A stretch of 64,000 bases of DNA from Bacteroidota bacterium (GCA_947476185.1 CANJPX010000010.1:574-64573), one strand, 5' to 3'; counted from the first letter of the stretch, positions 10,455 to 20,689 are shown. Made by a program: numbers and translations. Notes: generated from the sequence alone by a model not told the origin.

Positions 10455-11738
10455 ATGAACATTCTTATTATAAGTATTTTTATCCTCGGATACCTTGCAA
10501 TTGCATTTGAACACGTAATCAAAATTAATAAATCTGCAACAGCTTTATTAACAGGTGTAATTTGTTGGGCTGTCTATGTATTAATGATTAGTGACCCACA
10601 ATTGATCGCAGTCAAATTTTCAAATCATATTAATGAAATTTCCGGAATACTTTTCTTTTTGATGGGGGCGATGACGATTGTAGAATTGATAGATGCGCAT
10701 GATGGATTCGATGTAATAACCTCACGAATAACAACTTCAAATAAACGCAGCTTACTTTTTATAATTTGCACAATTACTTTTTTTCTATCCGCAATACTTG
10801 ACAACCTGACTACTACAATCGTCATGGTGTCGTTATTGCGAAAACTGATTGATGACAAGAACGATCGAATGCTATTTATCGGATTGGTTATAATTGCTGC
10901 AAATGCGGGAGGGGCATGGAGTCCAATCGGAGATGTAACAACCACTATGCTATGGATCGGTGGAAAAATCACAGCGACAAACATTATGCTAAAACTATTC
11001 GTTCCCAGTTTAGTGTGTTTATTGACACCTGTAATCATTCTTTCGTTTAAATTAAAAGGAAATGTAGATCGCCCATTAACAAACTCTGAAAAATCATCAA
11101 ACCCAACAAATTTGCTTGAAAGAAACACTGTCTTTATTTTAGGACTAGGAGCACTTTTGTTTGTTCCTGTTTTTAAAACCTTAACTAATTTACCACCATT
11201 TATGGGTGTATTATTCGGATTAGGAATACTTTGGATCGTTACAGAAGTAATACACAGCAAGAAAAATGATGAAGACAAAGACTCATTATCAGTTGTGCAA
11301 GCACTAAGAAAAATTGATGTCCCCAGTATATTGTTTTTCTTAGGAATACTAACTGCTGTTGCTGCGCTGGAATCAACAGGGATATTATCACAATTTGCTC
11401 AATTTATGAATGACAAAATCGGAAACTTAAATATTATTGTACCGACAATTGGTATACTATCCGCCGTTATTGATAATGTCCCTTTAGTGGCAGCTTCTAT
11501 GGGAATGTACGATATTACAAGCTACCCTGCCGATTCTTATTTATGGGAATTCCTTGCCTATTGTTCCGGAACCGGTGGCAGTATTTTGATCATAGGTTCA
11601 GCTGCAGGAGTTGCTGCAATGGGAATGGAAAAAATTGATTTTATGTGGTATTTCAAAAAAATCGCAGGGCTGGCAACAATTGGGTATTTCGCCGGGATAA
11701 TATGCTACATTGGAATTGAATATTTTTTTCATCTTTAA
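10455..11738 (+). CDS. NhaD/ArsB-family ion transporter (putative Na+/H+ antiporter NhaD)
   Basis: 427 aa, 10-12 TM segments. Internal duplication typical of the ArsB/NhaD permease fold. Confidence 0.7.
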   Translation: MNILIISIFILGYLAIAFEHVIKINKSATALLTGVICWAVYVLMISDPQLIAVKFSNHINEISGILFFLMGAMTIVELIDAHDGFDVITSRITTSNKRSLLFIICTITFFLSAILDNLTTTIVMVSLLRKLIDDKNDRMLFIGLVIIAANAGGAWSPIGDVTTTMLWIGGKITATNIMLKLFVPSLVCLLTPVIILSFKLKGNVDRPLTNSEKSSNPTNLLERNTVFILGLGALLFVPVFKTLTNLPPFMGVLFGLGILWIVTEVIHSKKNDEDKDSLSVVQALRKIDVPSILFFLGILTAVAALESTGILSQFAQFMNDKIGNLNIIVPTIGILSAVIDNVPLVAASMGMYDITSYPADSYLWEFLAYCSGTGGSILIIGSAAGVAAMGMEKIDFMWYFKKIAGLATIGYFAGIICYIGIEYFFHL

Positions 11739-11762
11739 TTCTAGATGTTCTATATTTGAATA

Positions 11763-13919
11763 ATGAAAAAAGTAGTCTCTCTCTTTCTGTTTTTTTTACA
11801 CTTTGCTCTTTTTGCCCAGCATGGATCAGAATTTGTAATTACAAAATTTACTGATTCAATTAAGGTACTCCCAATAAACAAATTTTGGAAGTTTCAACCC
11901 GAAGATGATATTGCTTGGGCCAATCCATCCACGAATGATAGTTTATGGCAAAGCACCACCACTGCGATCCAATCATCAGACCTTTCAAAAATAAAATTCA
12001 CAGGAATTGGCTGGTTCAGATTACACTTGTTCATTCCGAAAGAAATGGAGCAAAAAACATTTGTCCTTTTGGTTTCACAACATGGTGCTTCTGAATTTTA
12101 TTTAGACGGAAAACTAATTCATTCCTTTGGAACACCTTCAGCCGAAAAAACGAAAGAAGTAAAAAATTCACCAAACAATAAACCAATTCTCATATCCTTC
12201 GATTCCTCGGGATCACATCTCTTAGCGGTAAGATATTCAAATCAGACAGCTTGGGAAATGTATGATAATTATTTAGAAGATGATGTAGGATTCTCAGTAA
12301 CGGCAGCAGAAGCGGGATTCGGAATAAATAATTACATAGAAGACCTGCATGATCTAACGGTCATTTTTATTTTCCTATTTACCTTTTTCATCACACTCGC
12401 TTTTGTGCACTTTTTACTTTTTCTCTTTTACAGAGCGCAGCAGTCAAATTTATATTACAGCGTATTCATCTTACTTTTCAGTTGTATTTTTCTTTTTCCA
12501 ACCATTACTAGTTATAATTCAAACCCCGACTCTATAAGCAAATTAACATTCATGTTATATTTTATGCTTCCAGTCTTTTTTAACGCTTTGCTCGGTTTTA
12601 TCTTTTCACTTTTTCACACAAAAATTCCAAAATTATTTTGGATAGTCACTGGTATTTTAGGACTTATTCTGATACTTAAACTTCTAAGAGTTGAGCCTCG
12701 TATCCTATCTTTTTCATTCGTATGCATGACCACAATTATATCTTCTATTGAAGTTTTTAAAGCAATTATAAAAAAGAAAAAGGGAGCTTGGGCCGTTGGT
12801 ATTGCTGCAATAAGTTTTTTAATACTTATTCTGATCGTTCTGCTAAAAAACGCTTTAGGATTTGGAACAGGGTTTACAATCGGCAGTGAAGATCCGGGAG
12901 GTGTTTTCCTTATCGGATTACTCGTTCTGACTATTTTAGGGATACCTGTTTCTATGAGTATTTATCTTGCGCGTGATTTCGCTGTAACAAGCAAAAATCT
13001 CTCAAAGAAGCTTCTCGAGGTGGAGGAACTTTCTGAAAAGAGTATCGAGCAAGAGAAAGAAAAACAAAAAATATTATCGTCACAAAATGAATTGTTAGAA
13101 GTACAAGTGAAAGAACGCACTTCAGAAATTGAGGAACAGAAAAAATTAATAGAAGAAAAAAACAAAGATATTACTGACAGTATAAATTATGCTAAAAGGA
13201 TACAAGATTCAATCCTTCCCGAACAATCTTTATTAAACTCCATTTTCACTGACTCGTTTGTATTATTTAAACCAAAAGATATTGTCAGCGGCGATTTTTA
13301 TTGGTTTGCAGAACACAAAGGCGTAAAAATAATCGCTGTTGCTGACTGCACAGGGCATGGTGTTCCTGGTGCATTAATGAGTATGATCGGTAGCAATATT
13401 CTGAATAAATTAGTCCTTGAAAATGGTCTAACACAACCCGATTTGATATTAAACGAATTACACGAAGAAGTAAGAACTGCATTAAAACAAAAGGAAAACG
13501 CCTCAGAAACTCATGACGGAATGGACATTGCCATCATCAGTATCACAAAAGACCAATTGCATTATTCAGGTGCGCACCGCCCTCTTTACCTTATCAAAAA
13601 TAATATTTTGCTGGAGATAAAAGCAGACAAATTTCCTATCGGAGGAATTCAAGAGGAAGAAAAGAGAATTTTTACAAATCATGTATTAACTTTACAGCAC
13701 AATGATAAGACCTATTTATCATCTGATGGATTTGCAGATCAATTTGGCGGAGAAAGCGGGAAGAAATTAATGACAAAAAAATTCAAAGAATTGTTGCAGA
13801 ATATTCAACATGAATCAATGAAAACTCAGAAGATTTTTTTGGATAAGACGATAGAAAATTGGAAAGGATCAAAAGAACAAGTTGACGATATTTTAGTAAT
13901 AGGATTTAAGTACTTATAA
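11763..13919 (+). CDS. 7TM receptor (7TMR-DISM-like extracellular domain + 7 TM helices) fused to intracellular PP2C/SpoIIE-type Ser/Thr phosphatase
   Basis: 718 aa. Signal peptide, about 190-aa extracellular beta-rich domain, 7 hydrophobic helices, coiled-coil (EQEKEKQKILSSQNELLEVQVKERTSEIEEQKKLIEEK). C-terminal PP2C motifs (GDFYWF, ADCTGHGVPGALMSMIG, DGMDIA, SDGFADQFGG). Confidence 0.8.
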   Translation: MKKVVSLFLFFLHFALFAQHGSEFVITKFTDSIKVLPINKFWKFQPEDDIAWANPSTNDSLWQSTTTAIQSSDLSKIKFTGIGWFRLHLFIPKEMEQKTFVLLVSQHGASEFYLDGKLIHSFGTPSAEKTKEVKNSPNNKPILISFDSSGSHLLAVRYSNQTAWEMYDNYLEDDVGFSVTAAEAGFGINNYIEDLHDLTVIFIFLFTFFITLAFVHFLLFLFYRAQQSNLYYSVFILLFSCIFLFPTITSYNSNPDSISKLTFMLYFMLPVFFNALLGFIFSLFHTKIPKLFWIVTGILGLILILKLLRVEPRILSFSFVCMTTIISSIEVFKAIIKKKKGAWAVGIAAISFLILILIVLLKNALGFGTGFTIGSEDPGGVFLIGLLVLTILGIPVSMSIYLARDFAVTSKNLSKKLLEVEELSEKSIEQEKEKQKILSSQNELLEVQVKERTSEIEEQKKLIEEKNKDITDSINYAKRIQDSILPEQSLLNSIFTDSFVLFKPKDIVSGDFYWFAEHKGVKIIAVADCTGHGVPGALMSMIGSNILNKLVLENGLTQPDLILNELHEEVRTALKQKENASETHDGMDIAIISITKDQLHYSGAHRPLYLIKNNILLEIKADKFPIGGIQEEEKRIFTNHVLTLQHNDKTYLSSDGFADQFGGESGKKLMTKKFKELLQNIQHESMKTQKIFLDKTIENWKGSKEQVDDILVIGFKYL

Positions 13920-13959
13920 GGTGCAAATAAGATCTAAATATAGAACACATTTTTTGAAG

Positions 13960-15939
13960 ATGATATATTTTATATTCATCTGCTTACTTTTGACCCCTTC
14001 AACTTCAAAGGCCTCATCAAAAGATTCACTGTTGTTCCAAAGCCGCATTGATTCAATTCAAAAACTTATAGATAATTCAACACTTGATACAGCAAAAATA
14101 ACTTATTTAATTGCCATAGCGAGGGGATATGAAATCAAGGACCGATTAAAAGCATTTGATTACGCAAATACCGCATACGCATTAGCTCAAAAGACCGGGG
14201 ATAAAAACAAGATAGGAGAATGTCTGAATTATCTTGGTGATCTCAATTGGTTCACCGGAGATTATGCAAGTTCCTCCGACTATTATTTCAAGGCATTACA
14301 TATTTACGAAGGGTTGAATGATAAGGCAGGGATGGCAGAATGTTATAGAAACATTGGCTGGATCTATCAGGGACAAGGACTGTATAAAAAGACGATCGAA
14401 TATTATAATAAATCATTGGAAATAAATACTCAGCTCGGATTAAAGCGCAAAATGGTTGCAAATTATGACGACATCGGTATTACAAAAAAAATATTGGGAG
14501 ATTATCCGGAAGCAATTAGATACTGCAAACTCACAATAAAATTAGCCCAAGAGATAAAAAGCACTAAAGGACTGGCTATAGGCTATGGAAATTTGGCGAA
14601 CGTTTATGTCGCAATGGGACAATTTGATCTGGCCATTGAAAACTTTATGCTTGGAATAAAATTTCATGAATTGATAGAGGATCAATTCAATTTCGCAGAA
14701 GGAAATTACGGCTTGGCAGATTGTTATTTTAAAATAGGCAACTATTTCAAGACCATTGAATATGCTGAAAAATCGGCAGCTATTGCAAAAAAATTCGATT
14801 ACAAGACCATCGCTTCTTCCGACTATAAACTATTGGCAGACGCATATTCCCGGAGAGCTGATTTTGCAAATGCATTTAAATATTTAAATCTTTATACTGA
14901 CCTTAAAGATTCAACATACAATGAAAAAAATAGCCGGCAAATAAATGAAATGTCAGCAAAATACGAATCTGAGAAAAAAGAATTGATGATCAATTCCTTA
15001 GAAAAAGATAAAACATTATCTGAGGAAAAATCGGAGCAGGACAAAAAATTCAAACTCTACATGATGATCTTTTGCATGATGATCATTGTTTTTGCAATCA
15101 GCTTATTCAGAAGCAACATGCAAAAGAAGAAGACCAATTCATCCTTATCATTGGCTTATAAAGAAATTGAAGTTAAAAATAAAGACATTACCGATAGTAT
15201 AAATTACGCGAAACAAATTCAAAGAGCAAGACTTCCGAATCCATCGATAATATTAAAACATTTACCTGAAGCTTTTGGATTTTATAAACCTAAGGATGTA
15301 GTAAGCGGAGATTTTTACTGGTTTGCGGAACACGAAAATGGTAAGCTATTATTGGCTGCTGCTGATTGTACAGGACACGGGATCCCCGGTGCATTTATGA
15401 GCTTGATCGGCATTGATGAATTAAATCATGCTACCTTAGAAAAACGATTAAGTCATACATCCACCATTTTATCTTCTGTAAATAAAGGTGTAAAAAAAGC
15501 ATTGCGACAAAACGAACAAAATTCTATGTCGCGAGATGGAATGGATATTGCGCTTTGTATCTTCGATTTGAAACACAATACATTGGAATATTCCGGAGCT
15601 AATCGCCCTTTATATTATATTCGTGATAATAAATTACATGATATAACTCCCACTAAGGCAGCAATAGGTGGAACTACTGATAATGACCAGGAATTTAAAA
15701 GCCATACCATTGAATTAAAAAAACATGACATGATCTACGTTTTTACCGATGGATTCGCTGATCAGTTTGGCGGAGAGAGCGGTAAAAAATTCATGACAAA
15801 ACGTTTCAAAGACTTGCTACTTTCTATACATAACAAGCCTATTCCGGAGCAAGAGGCGCTGTTAGAAAAAAGTTTAAACGATTGGAAAAAAGATATCAGT
15901 CAGGTTGATGATATCCTTGTATTAGGAATTCGTATTTAA
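13960..15939 (+). CDS. TPR-repeat sensor with single TM segment fused to PP2C/SpoIIE-type phosphatase (tandem paralogue of the preceding gene)
   Basis: Signal peptide at MIYFIFICLL.. (the ORF track starts at GTG 13921). About 7 TPR-like repeats, a TM helix (MMIFCMMIIVFAISLF), then the same PP2C motif set (GDFYWFAEHENG, ADCTGHGIPGAFMSLIG, TDGFADQFGG). Confidence 0.8.
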   Translation: MIYFIFICLLLTPSTSKASSKDSLLFQSRIDSIQKLIDNSTLDTAKITYLIAIARGYEIKDRLKAFDYANTAYALAQKTGDKNKIGECLNYLGDLNWFTGDYASSSDYYFKALHIYEGLNDKAGMAECYRNIGWIYQGQGLYKKTIEYYNKSLEINTQLGLKRKMVANYDDIGITKKILGDYPEAIRYCKLTIKLAQEIKSTKGLAIGYGNLANVYVAMGQFDLAIENFMLGIKFHELIEDQFNFAEGNYGLADCYFKIGNYFKTIEYAEKSAAIAKKFDYKTIASSDYKLLADAYSRRADFANAFKYLNLYTDLKDSTYNEKNSRQINEMSAKYESEKKELMINSLEKDKTLSEEKSEQDKKFKLYMMIFCMMIIVFAISLFRSNMQKKKTNSSLSLAYKEIEVKNKDITDSINYAKQIQRARLPNPSIILKHLPEAFGFYKPKDVVSGDFYWFAEHENGKLLLAAADCTGHGIPGAFMSLIGIDELNHATLEKRLSHTSTILSSVNKGVKKALRQNEQNSMSRDGMDIALCIFDLKHNTLEYSGANRPLYYIRDNKLHDITPTKAAIGGTTDNDQEFKSHTIELKKHDMIYVFTDGFADQFGGESGKKFMTKRFKDLLLSIHNKPIPEQEALLEKSLNDWKKDISQVDDILVLGIRI

Positions 15940-16853
15940 TTTTTCAATTGCTCATCCAAAATTTTCAGTCCTTCAAAAAATGTATGTGGAGCATATCCTA
16001 ATTCTTTTCTTGCTTTGCTTATATCAAGGCCGGTACGAGGTGGACGTTTAGCCGCTTGATTAAGAGTATCAGATTTAGATGGCGTAATTACTGATTTATC
16101 GAGCTTCCAAAAATCAGCGACCTTATATACTAAATCCAAAATACTCATTGTTTCAGGACCTGACAAATGGTAGATTCCTTTTGCTTTTTTATCAGCGATC
16201 AAAATACAACCATCTGCAAGATCTTCAGCAAGGGTAGGAGAACGAAATTGATCATCCACCACATTTATTTTTTGTCCTTTTGTTAATGCATCCTTCGCCC
16301 ATAAAACAATATTGGATCGACTCATATTATCAACTATCCCATAAACGATAATGGTACGAGCAATGGCCCAGCTGATGTTACTTTTCTGCAAGACCTTTTC
16401 AGATTCAAATTTAGAAAGTGCATAATAACTTTGTGGCTTAGGAATATCTGTTTCTAAATATTCGCTTCCTTTTTCACCATCAAAAATAAAATCAGTTGAC
16501 AAATGGATAAGATGACAATCACTTTTTTCTTTAGAGGAGAAAATAACACCTGCAATATTTTGAACAGCGGTAACATTCAGTGCCCAACATTCTTCGCGTT
16601 TCGTTTCGCATGCATCAACGTTGGTCATTGCAGCGGTATTGATAATTACATCTGGAAGATATTTATTGAAAACAGATTCTACTTCAGATCTATTTGTGAT
16701 GTCGAGAGATTCGTAGGTATAACCTTCTTTTTTAATCAGGCGATTATTGCCGAGAGAAGTCGCAATTACCTCTACATCATTTCTTTTTATTAATGCATAG
16801 ATTATTTTTTGTCCAAGTAATCCATTACTGCCGGTAATGAGTATTTTTTTCAT
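15936..16853 (-). CDS. rmlD: dTDP-4-dehydrorhamnose reductase
   Basis: 305 aa. N-terminal Rossmann ILITGSNGLLG. Blocks VINTAAMTNVDACE, STDFIFDG, YALSKFESEKVL, VDDQFRSPTLAEDLAD match RmlD block by block. Confidence 0.8.
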   Translation of the reverse strand: MKKILITGSNGLLGQKIIYALIKRNDVEVIATSLGNNRLIKKEGYTYESLDITNRSEVESVFNKYLPDVIINTAAMTNVDACETKREECWALNVTAVQNIAGVIFSSKEKSDCHLIHLSTDFIFDGEKGSEYLETDIPKPQSYYALSKFESEKVLQKSNISWAIARTIIVYGIVDNMSRSNIVLWAKDALTKGQKINVVDDQFRSPTLAEDLADGCILIADKKAKGIYHLSGPETMSILDLVYKVADFWKLDKSVITPSKSDTLNQAAKRPPRTGLDISKARKELGYAPHTFFEGLKILDEQLKN

Positions 16854-16934
16854 AAAAAAATTTATTTTTAAAGTCAGATAACCTTTGATACAATTTTGAT
16901 AATTATCTGATTTTACACAACAAAAAAATCAAAT

Positions 16935-17948
16935 CTATTGTGCAAACAATTCCTTCAATTTACTGATCTGGTCGGAGGTGCCAAGCACAAATAATTTTGC
17001 ATCAGGAATTATTTTCGTATCCGCGCTAGGGTTTATCACATATTCTCCCTGAGCGGTTTTAAATCCAATAATATTAGCACCGGATTTGTTTCTCACTTCC
17101 AGATCACGAATCGTTTTATTTTGGTAAACCTCCGGCAAATTTTCAAACGTAATTTCTTCCAACCGGATATTGTCACCACCTTGACCGGCAATATAATCCA
17201 CAAACTCCATAACATCAGGTTTCATAACCAAGGAGGCCATGTGTGCACCACCTAATTTATCGGGCATGATGACATTGTTAGCACCAGCAATCTTTAATTT
17301 TTTATCCGAATTATCTTCCGAAGCTCTGCTAATGATCGTAAAATTCGGATTTAATGTACGCGCAGAAAGCACGATGAATAAATTATCGGCATCAATAGGT
17401 AAAGTTGTGATCAGGGCTTTCGCTTTTAAAATACCTGCTTTCAAGAGCACCTCATCTAAAGTTGCATCACCTTCCATCACAAGGTCGGCATATTGATGAT
17501 TAATGGCTGCAACAATATCCTTCTTTTGTTCGATGACGACAAAACGCGTATTGTGTTTTTTTAATACATGAGCCGCTTGTTTACCATTTCTTCCGAAACC
17601 ACAAACAATCACATGATTTTCTAATTTCCCAATTGCTGTATTCACTTTCTTATTTTTAAAATAATCTTTAAACTCTCCTTCTGAAATATATTTTGTAATA
17701 GAAGAAACGGCATAGGCAAATGTACCGAAACTAATTATAATTAAAAAAGCTGTAAATAATCGTCCGGCAGGGCCTAAGGGATGAACCTCCTGAAAACCGA
17801 CTGTTGCAACGGTGATTACAGTCATGTAAAAAGCATCTAAAAATCCATAGTGCTCAATTACCATAAATCCTATAATTCCAATACAAATAATCAGAAATAA
17901 AAGGCCAATTGCAATGTAAATTTTAGAAAACTGACGATTGAAGAGCAC
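16935..17948 (-). CDS. two-TM pore-loop cation channel with tandem RCK (TrkA-N/TrkA-C) gating domains
   Basis: 337 aa. TM1, pore helix + filter (FYMTVITVATVGFQEV), TM2, then Rossmann GFGRNG RCK domain. The filter is TVGFQE, not canonical TVGYGD. Confidence 0.75.
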   Translation of the reverse strand: MLFNRQFSKIYIAIGLLFLIICIGIIGFMVIEHYGFLDAFYMTVITVATVGFQEVHPLGPAGRLFTAFLIIISFGTFAYAVSSITKYISEGEFKDYFKNKKVNTAIGKLENHVIVCGFGRNGKQAAHVLKKHNTRFVVIEQKKDIVAAINHQYADLVMEGDATLDEVLLKAGILKAKALITTLPIDADNLFIVLSARTLNPNFTIISRASEDNSDKKLKIAGANNVIMPDKLGGAHMASLVMKPDVMEFVDYIAGQGGDNIRLEEITFENLPEVYQNKTIRDLEVRNKSGANIIGFKTAQGEYVINPSADTKIIPDAKLFVLGTSDQISKLKELFAQ

Positions 17949-18009
17949 TGCTAAGGGATAAGGAATTTATATGAATTTACTAATCTGGGAATTTACTGAA
18001 AAATAAAAG

Positions 18010-18240
18010 TTAAAGATCCCAAACACTTTTGCGCTTACTTTTAAAAGGTTTAAAAAACTCTTTGTGTTCCAAAATAAATGCCATTATAAAATATACAATC
18101 ACAGGAGATCCAACAGTGAAGAATGATAAATAAATAAAATACATGCGGATCTTTGTAGAATTGATACCTAGCTTTTTGCCCCACCATTCACAAACACCAA
18201 ATGCACGTGTTTCGAACCATGTTTGCGTACTTTTTATCAT
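18010..18240 (-). CDS. PspC-domain small membrane protein
   Basis: 76 aa. ..RAFGVCEWWGKKLGINSTKIRMYFIYLSFF.. resembles the PspC domain followed by a TM helix. Confidence 0.5.
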   Translation of the reverse strand: MIKSTQTWFETRAFGVCEWWGKKLGINSTKIRMYFIYLSFFTVGSPVIVYFIMAFILEHKEFFKPFKSKRKSVWDL

Positions 18241-18266
18241 ATTGGATAAGTTTTATCAGCATAAAA

Positions 18267-19541
18267 TTACGAATTTTTTAGTAAATAATTGCCAATAGAA
18301 CAGTTTAAACATTTTTTGTTTGAACAATACTCAGTCTTTAGTTGCAACAAGGCTTGGGTAGAATGAGCTGATCCAACAGAAATGTTCAAGGAACTCCATT
18401 TCTTAACAATCGAGTTTCTTTCACCTGAAGTTTGCTCCAAGAATAATAATGCTCGATCAATGAATCTTTCATCATCCTTTTGTTTCCCATAAACAAACAA
18501 AAATGGCACAATCGTATTAATAATAATGTTATCTATTGCTTCAACACCTAAATGTTTTGCTCTTTTTAATGCTTTTTTATCGAATACAAAATGTGTTTCC
18601 CAATATTCTGAAACGGACACATTCATTAATTTTCGGAGCTCAGCCGGATTCCCCATTTCCAATATTTTTGAAAATAAATGACTAGAATTAAAAATCAGGT
18701 TTGCAAACTGTGCAATACGGACATTTGGGAAATTGACCGGGCGTAACCGTAAATATTTCCATAAATGCTTTTCTATGGAATTCAACTTGAATTTTTGTTT
18801 CAAAAAAGCATATTCATTTTGAAGTTGTTGAGGATATTTTTCTTCAAAATGTTCGGCTAACATTCCTGCTTGTCCGAATAATAAGGCTTCAATTTGCAGC
18901 AAGCTACTTTTATGTTTCCCCAAAAAGTTGGAAGGCAATGATTTTGCCAGCAACTCAAAAGGGTCTGCATTGGTTTTAAAACCAAAATTGCGGGCAAGTT
19001 GATGATAAAATGTTTCTTCCCAATTAGTATTATTTTGTTCTAAACTATTTAAAATAGATCCCGATTTACGTTCTAACCGTTCCAATAAAAGTCTGTCCAA
19101 AGTGCTATTGATTATCACTTGGGGCACTGTTGCGATCTGTTTTTCACAAGGGATCCAATCGTTGCTTGATTTAAAACCAAGGTACTTTTGAAACAGCCTT
19201 TCATGAATGCGATCTTTAATTTCTATGGTCGGAATTTCCTCTCCGGAGCTCCGAAACAAATTTACATCCGCATTATTTACGACATGTAAAATAATATTAT
19301 CGTATGCTTTGTCATTTTGGTGAAAATGTTTTTTCCAGTCGCTGGCATTAATATGAACTTCAATATTACCTGCCCATAACGTATCTCCGACTTTTACTTT
19401 ACCATTAAAAAAATCGGGGCCGGCATCAAAATTATACTCTCCCGGTTTTTCTATTATTACCTCATCTCCATTAGTAGTTTTCAGCTCCAGCTGATCAAAC
19501 AATCTGAATTTCCAGATGTGGTGAAGGAATTCTTCGGTCAT
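18267..19541 (-). CDS. DUF2851 family protein (conserved Bacteroidota protein of unknown function)
   Basis: 424 aa. N-terminus ..LHHIWKFRLF..GDEVIIEKPGEYNFDAGPDFFNGKV..WAGNIEVHINASDWKKHFH..YDNIILHVV matches my memory of the DUF2851 N-terminal signature. Confidence 0.55.
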   Translation of the reverse strand: MTEEFLHHIWKFRLFDQLELKTTNGDEVIIEKPGEYNFDAGPDFFNGKVKVGDTLWAGNIEVHINASDWKKHFHQNDKAYDNIILHVVNNADVNLFRSSGEEIPTIEIKDRIHERLFQKYLGFKSSNDWIPCEKQIATVPQVIINSTLDRLLLERLERKSGSILNSLEQNNTNWEETFYHQLARNFGFKTNADPFELLAKSLPSNFLGKHKSSLLQIEALLFGQAGMLAEHFEEKYPQQLQNEYAFLKQKFKLNSIEKHLWKYLRLRPVNFPNVRIAQFANLIFNSSHLFSKILEMGNPAELRKLMNVSVSEYWETHFVFDKKALKRAKHLGVEAIDNIIINTIVPFLFVYGKQKDDERFIDRALLFLEQTSGERNSIVKKWSSLNISVGSAHSTQALLQLKTEYCSNKKCLNCSIGNYLLKNS

Positions 19542-19839
19542 AATTTAATGCGAATATAGGAGCGAAAATAAACGTTATAATCAAGATGCTAAAAATCAAA
19601 TCAAAGGAATATTAGGAGTCGGAGGTAGAAAAATAAAACTATTTAATAAAGGAAAGGCAAACCGGCAAATTGGCTGCTCATACATTTTCATAAAATGACC
19701 ATGCACCTATACATTTCCTTCAAATAATTTAAATCGAACAGGTGTATGTTCAACGTCACAAACAAATTTGATTTTTGGCATTGAATAAAATACTTTTCAT
19801 CCGTTTTTTTGTGACACAAATTTAATATGGGGAAATATT

Positions 19840-20676
19840 ATGAAAACGATTCTTGTTCCTACTGATTATTCGGAGGTTGCGAATAATGCAGGGCGTTATG
19901 CCATTGAACTAGCGAAGCGATTGGACGCGTCACTTTTACTTTTTCACGCATTTCGGCAGCTCCCATTACTTTCATCTCTACCATTGATCTTCAATCAAGT
20001 TGAGCAAAACAAAATTGCTCTGGAGGAACTAAAAGCGGAAGAGTATACAATGAAACACGAATGCTGTTCTCAGGTAACAACGGAATCTGTTGTTTTTAAA
20101 GGAAGTGTGACCAATGGAATTCTCGAAATAATAAAAACAAGAAAAATAGATTATATTGTGATGGGGATAAATGATTCAAGCTTATTGTCCGAGATCCTGG
20201 TTGGTAGTCATGCCATATCCGTAGTCAATAAAACAAATATCCCGATTTTTATTATTCCCAAAAATTCCAAATTTAAAAAGATCAAAAAATTTGTTTTCGT
20301 GCATAATTATTATGAACCAATTCCAAAAAATGTCTCAGAAGAATTAAAAACACTCTGTACTAAATTAAAAACAGAACTCATGATTTATGGGAAACCAGAG
20401 TTACATGGAGAGGGAAATCTAGCCCAGGCCGTATCACTTATTGAAAAAGAATTTGCAAAGGCCGGCCCTATGGCCCTCAAAGAATTTATTTCCTATATAG
20501 ACGAAGAAGATCTGAGTGGAGAAATTATTTCATACATCGAAGAAACACATGCTGATCTATTAGCAATGCTTCCGAGCCAATCAAAAACACTTTCGAAATT
20601 ATTTCAGCGGGATGATGCAATCCTGATGGCCTACATAAGCAATGTACCGCTGCTTATTTTACATGAGGAAAATTAA
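19840..20676 (+). CDS. universal stress protein, tandem UspA domains
   Basis: 278 aa. MKTILVPTDYSEVANNAGRYAIELAKRLDASLLLFHAF.. is a typical UspA start. A second Usp-like half is present. Confidence 0.8.
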   Translation: MKTILVPTDYSEVANNAGRYAIELAKRLDASLLLFHAFRQLPLLSSLPLIFNQVEQNKIALEELKAEEYTMKHECCSQVTTESVVFKGSVTNGILEIIKTRKIDYIVMGINDSSLLSEILVGSHAISVVNKTNIPIFIIPKNSKFKKIKKFVFVHNYYEPIPKNVSEELKTLCTKLKTELMIYGKPELHGEGNLAQAVSLIEKEFAKAGPMALKEFISYIDEEDLSGEIISYIEETHADLLAMLPSQSKTLSKLFQRDDAILMAYISNVPLLILHEEN

Positions 20677-20689
20677 AAAGATGTGAATA

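Noticed and set aside
8921-11278. ORFs antisense to the permease and NhaD genes (8921..9370 +, 9519..9713 +, 10187..10399 -, 10625..11278 -)
   Set aside because: They are fully embedded in strongly supported membrane-protein genes on the opposite strand, with no independent signals.
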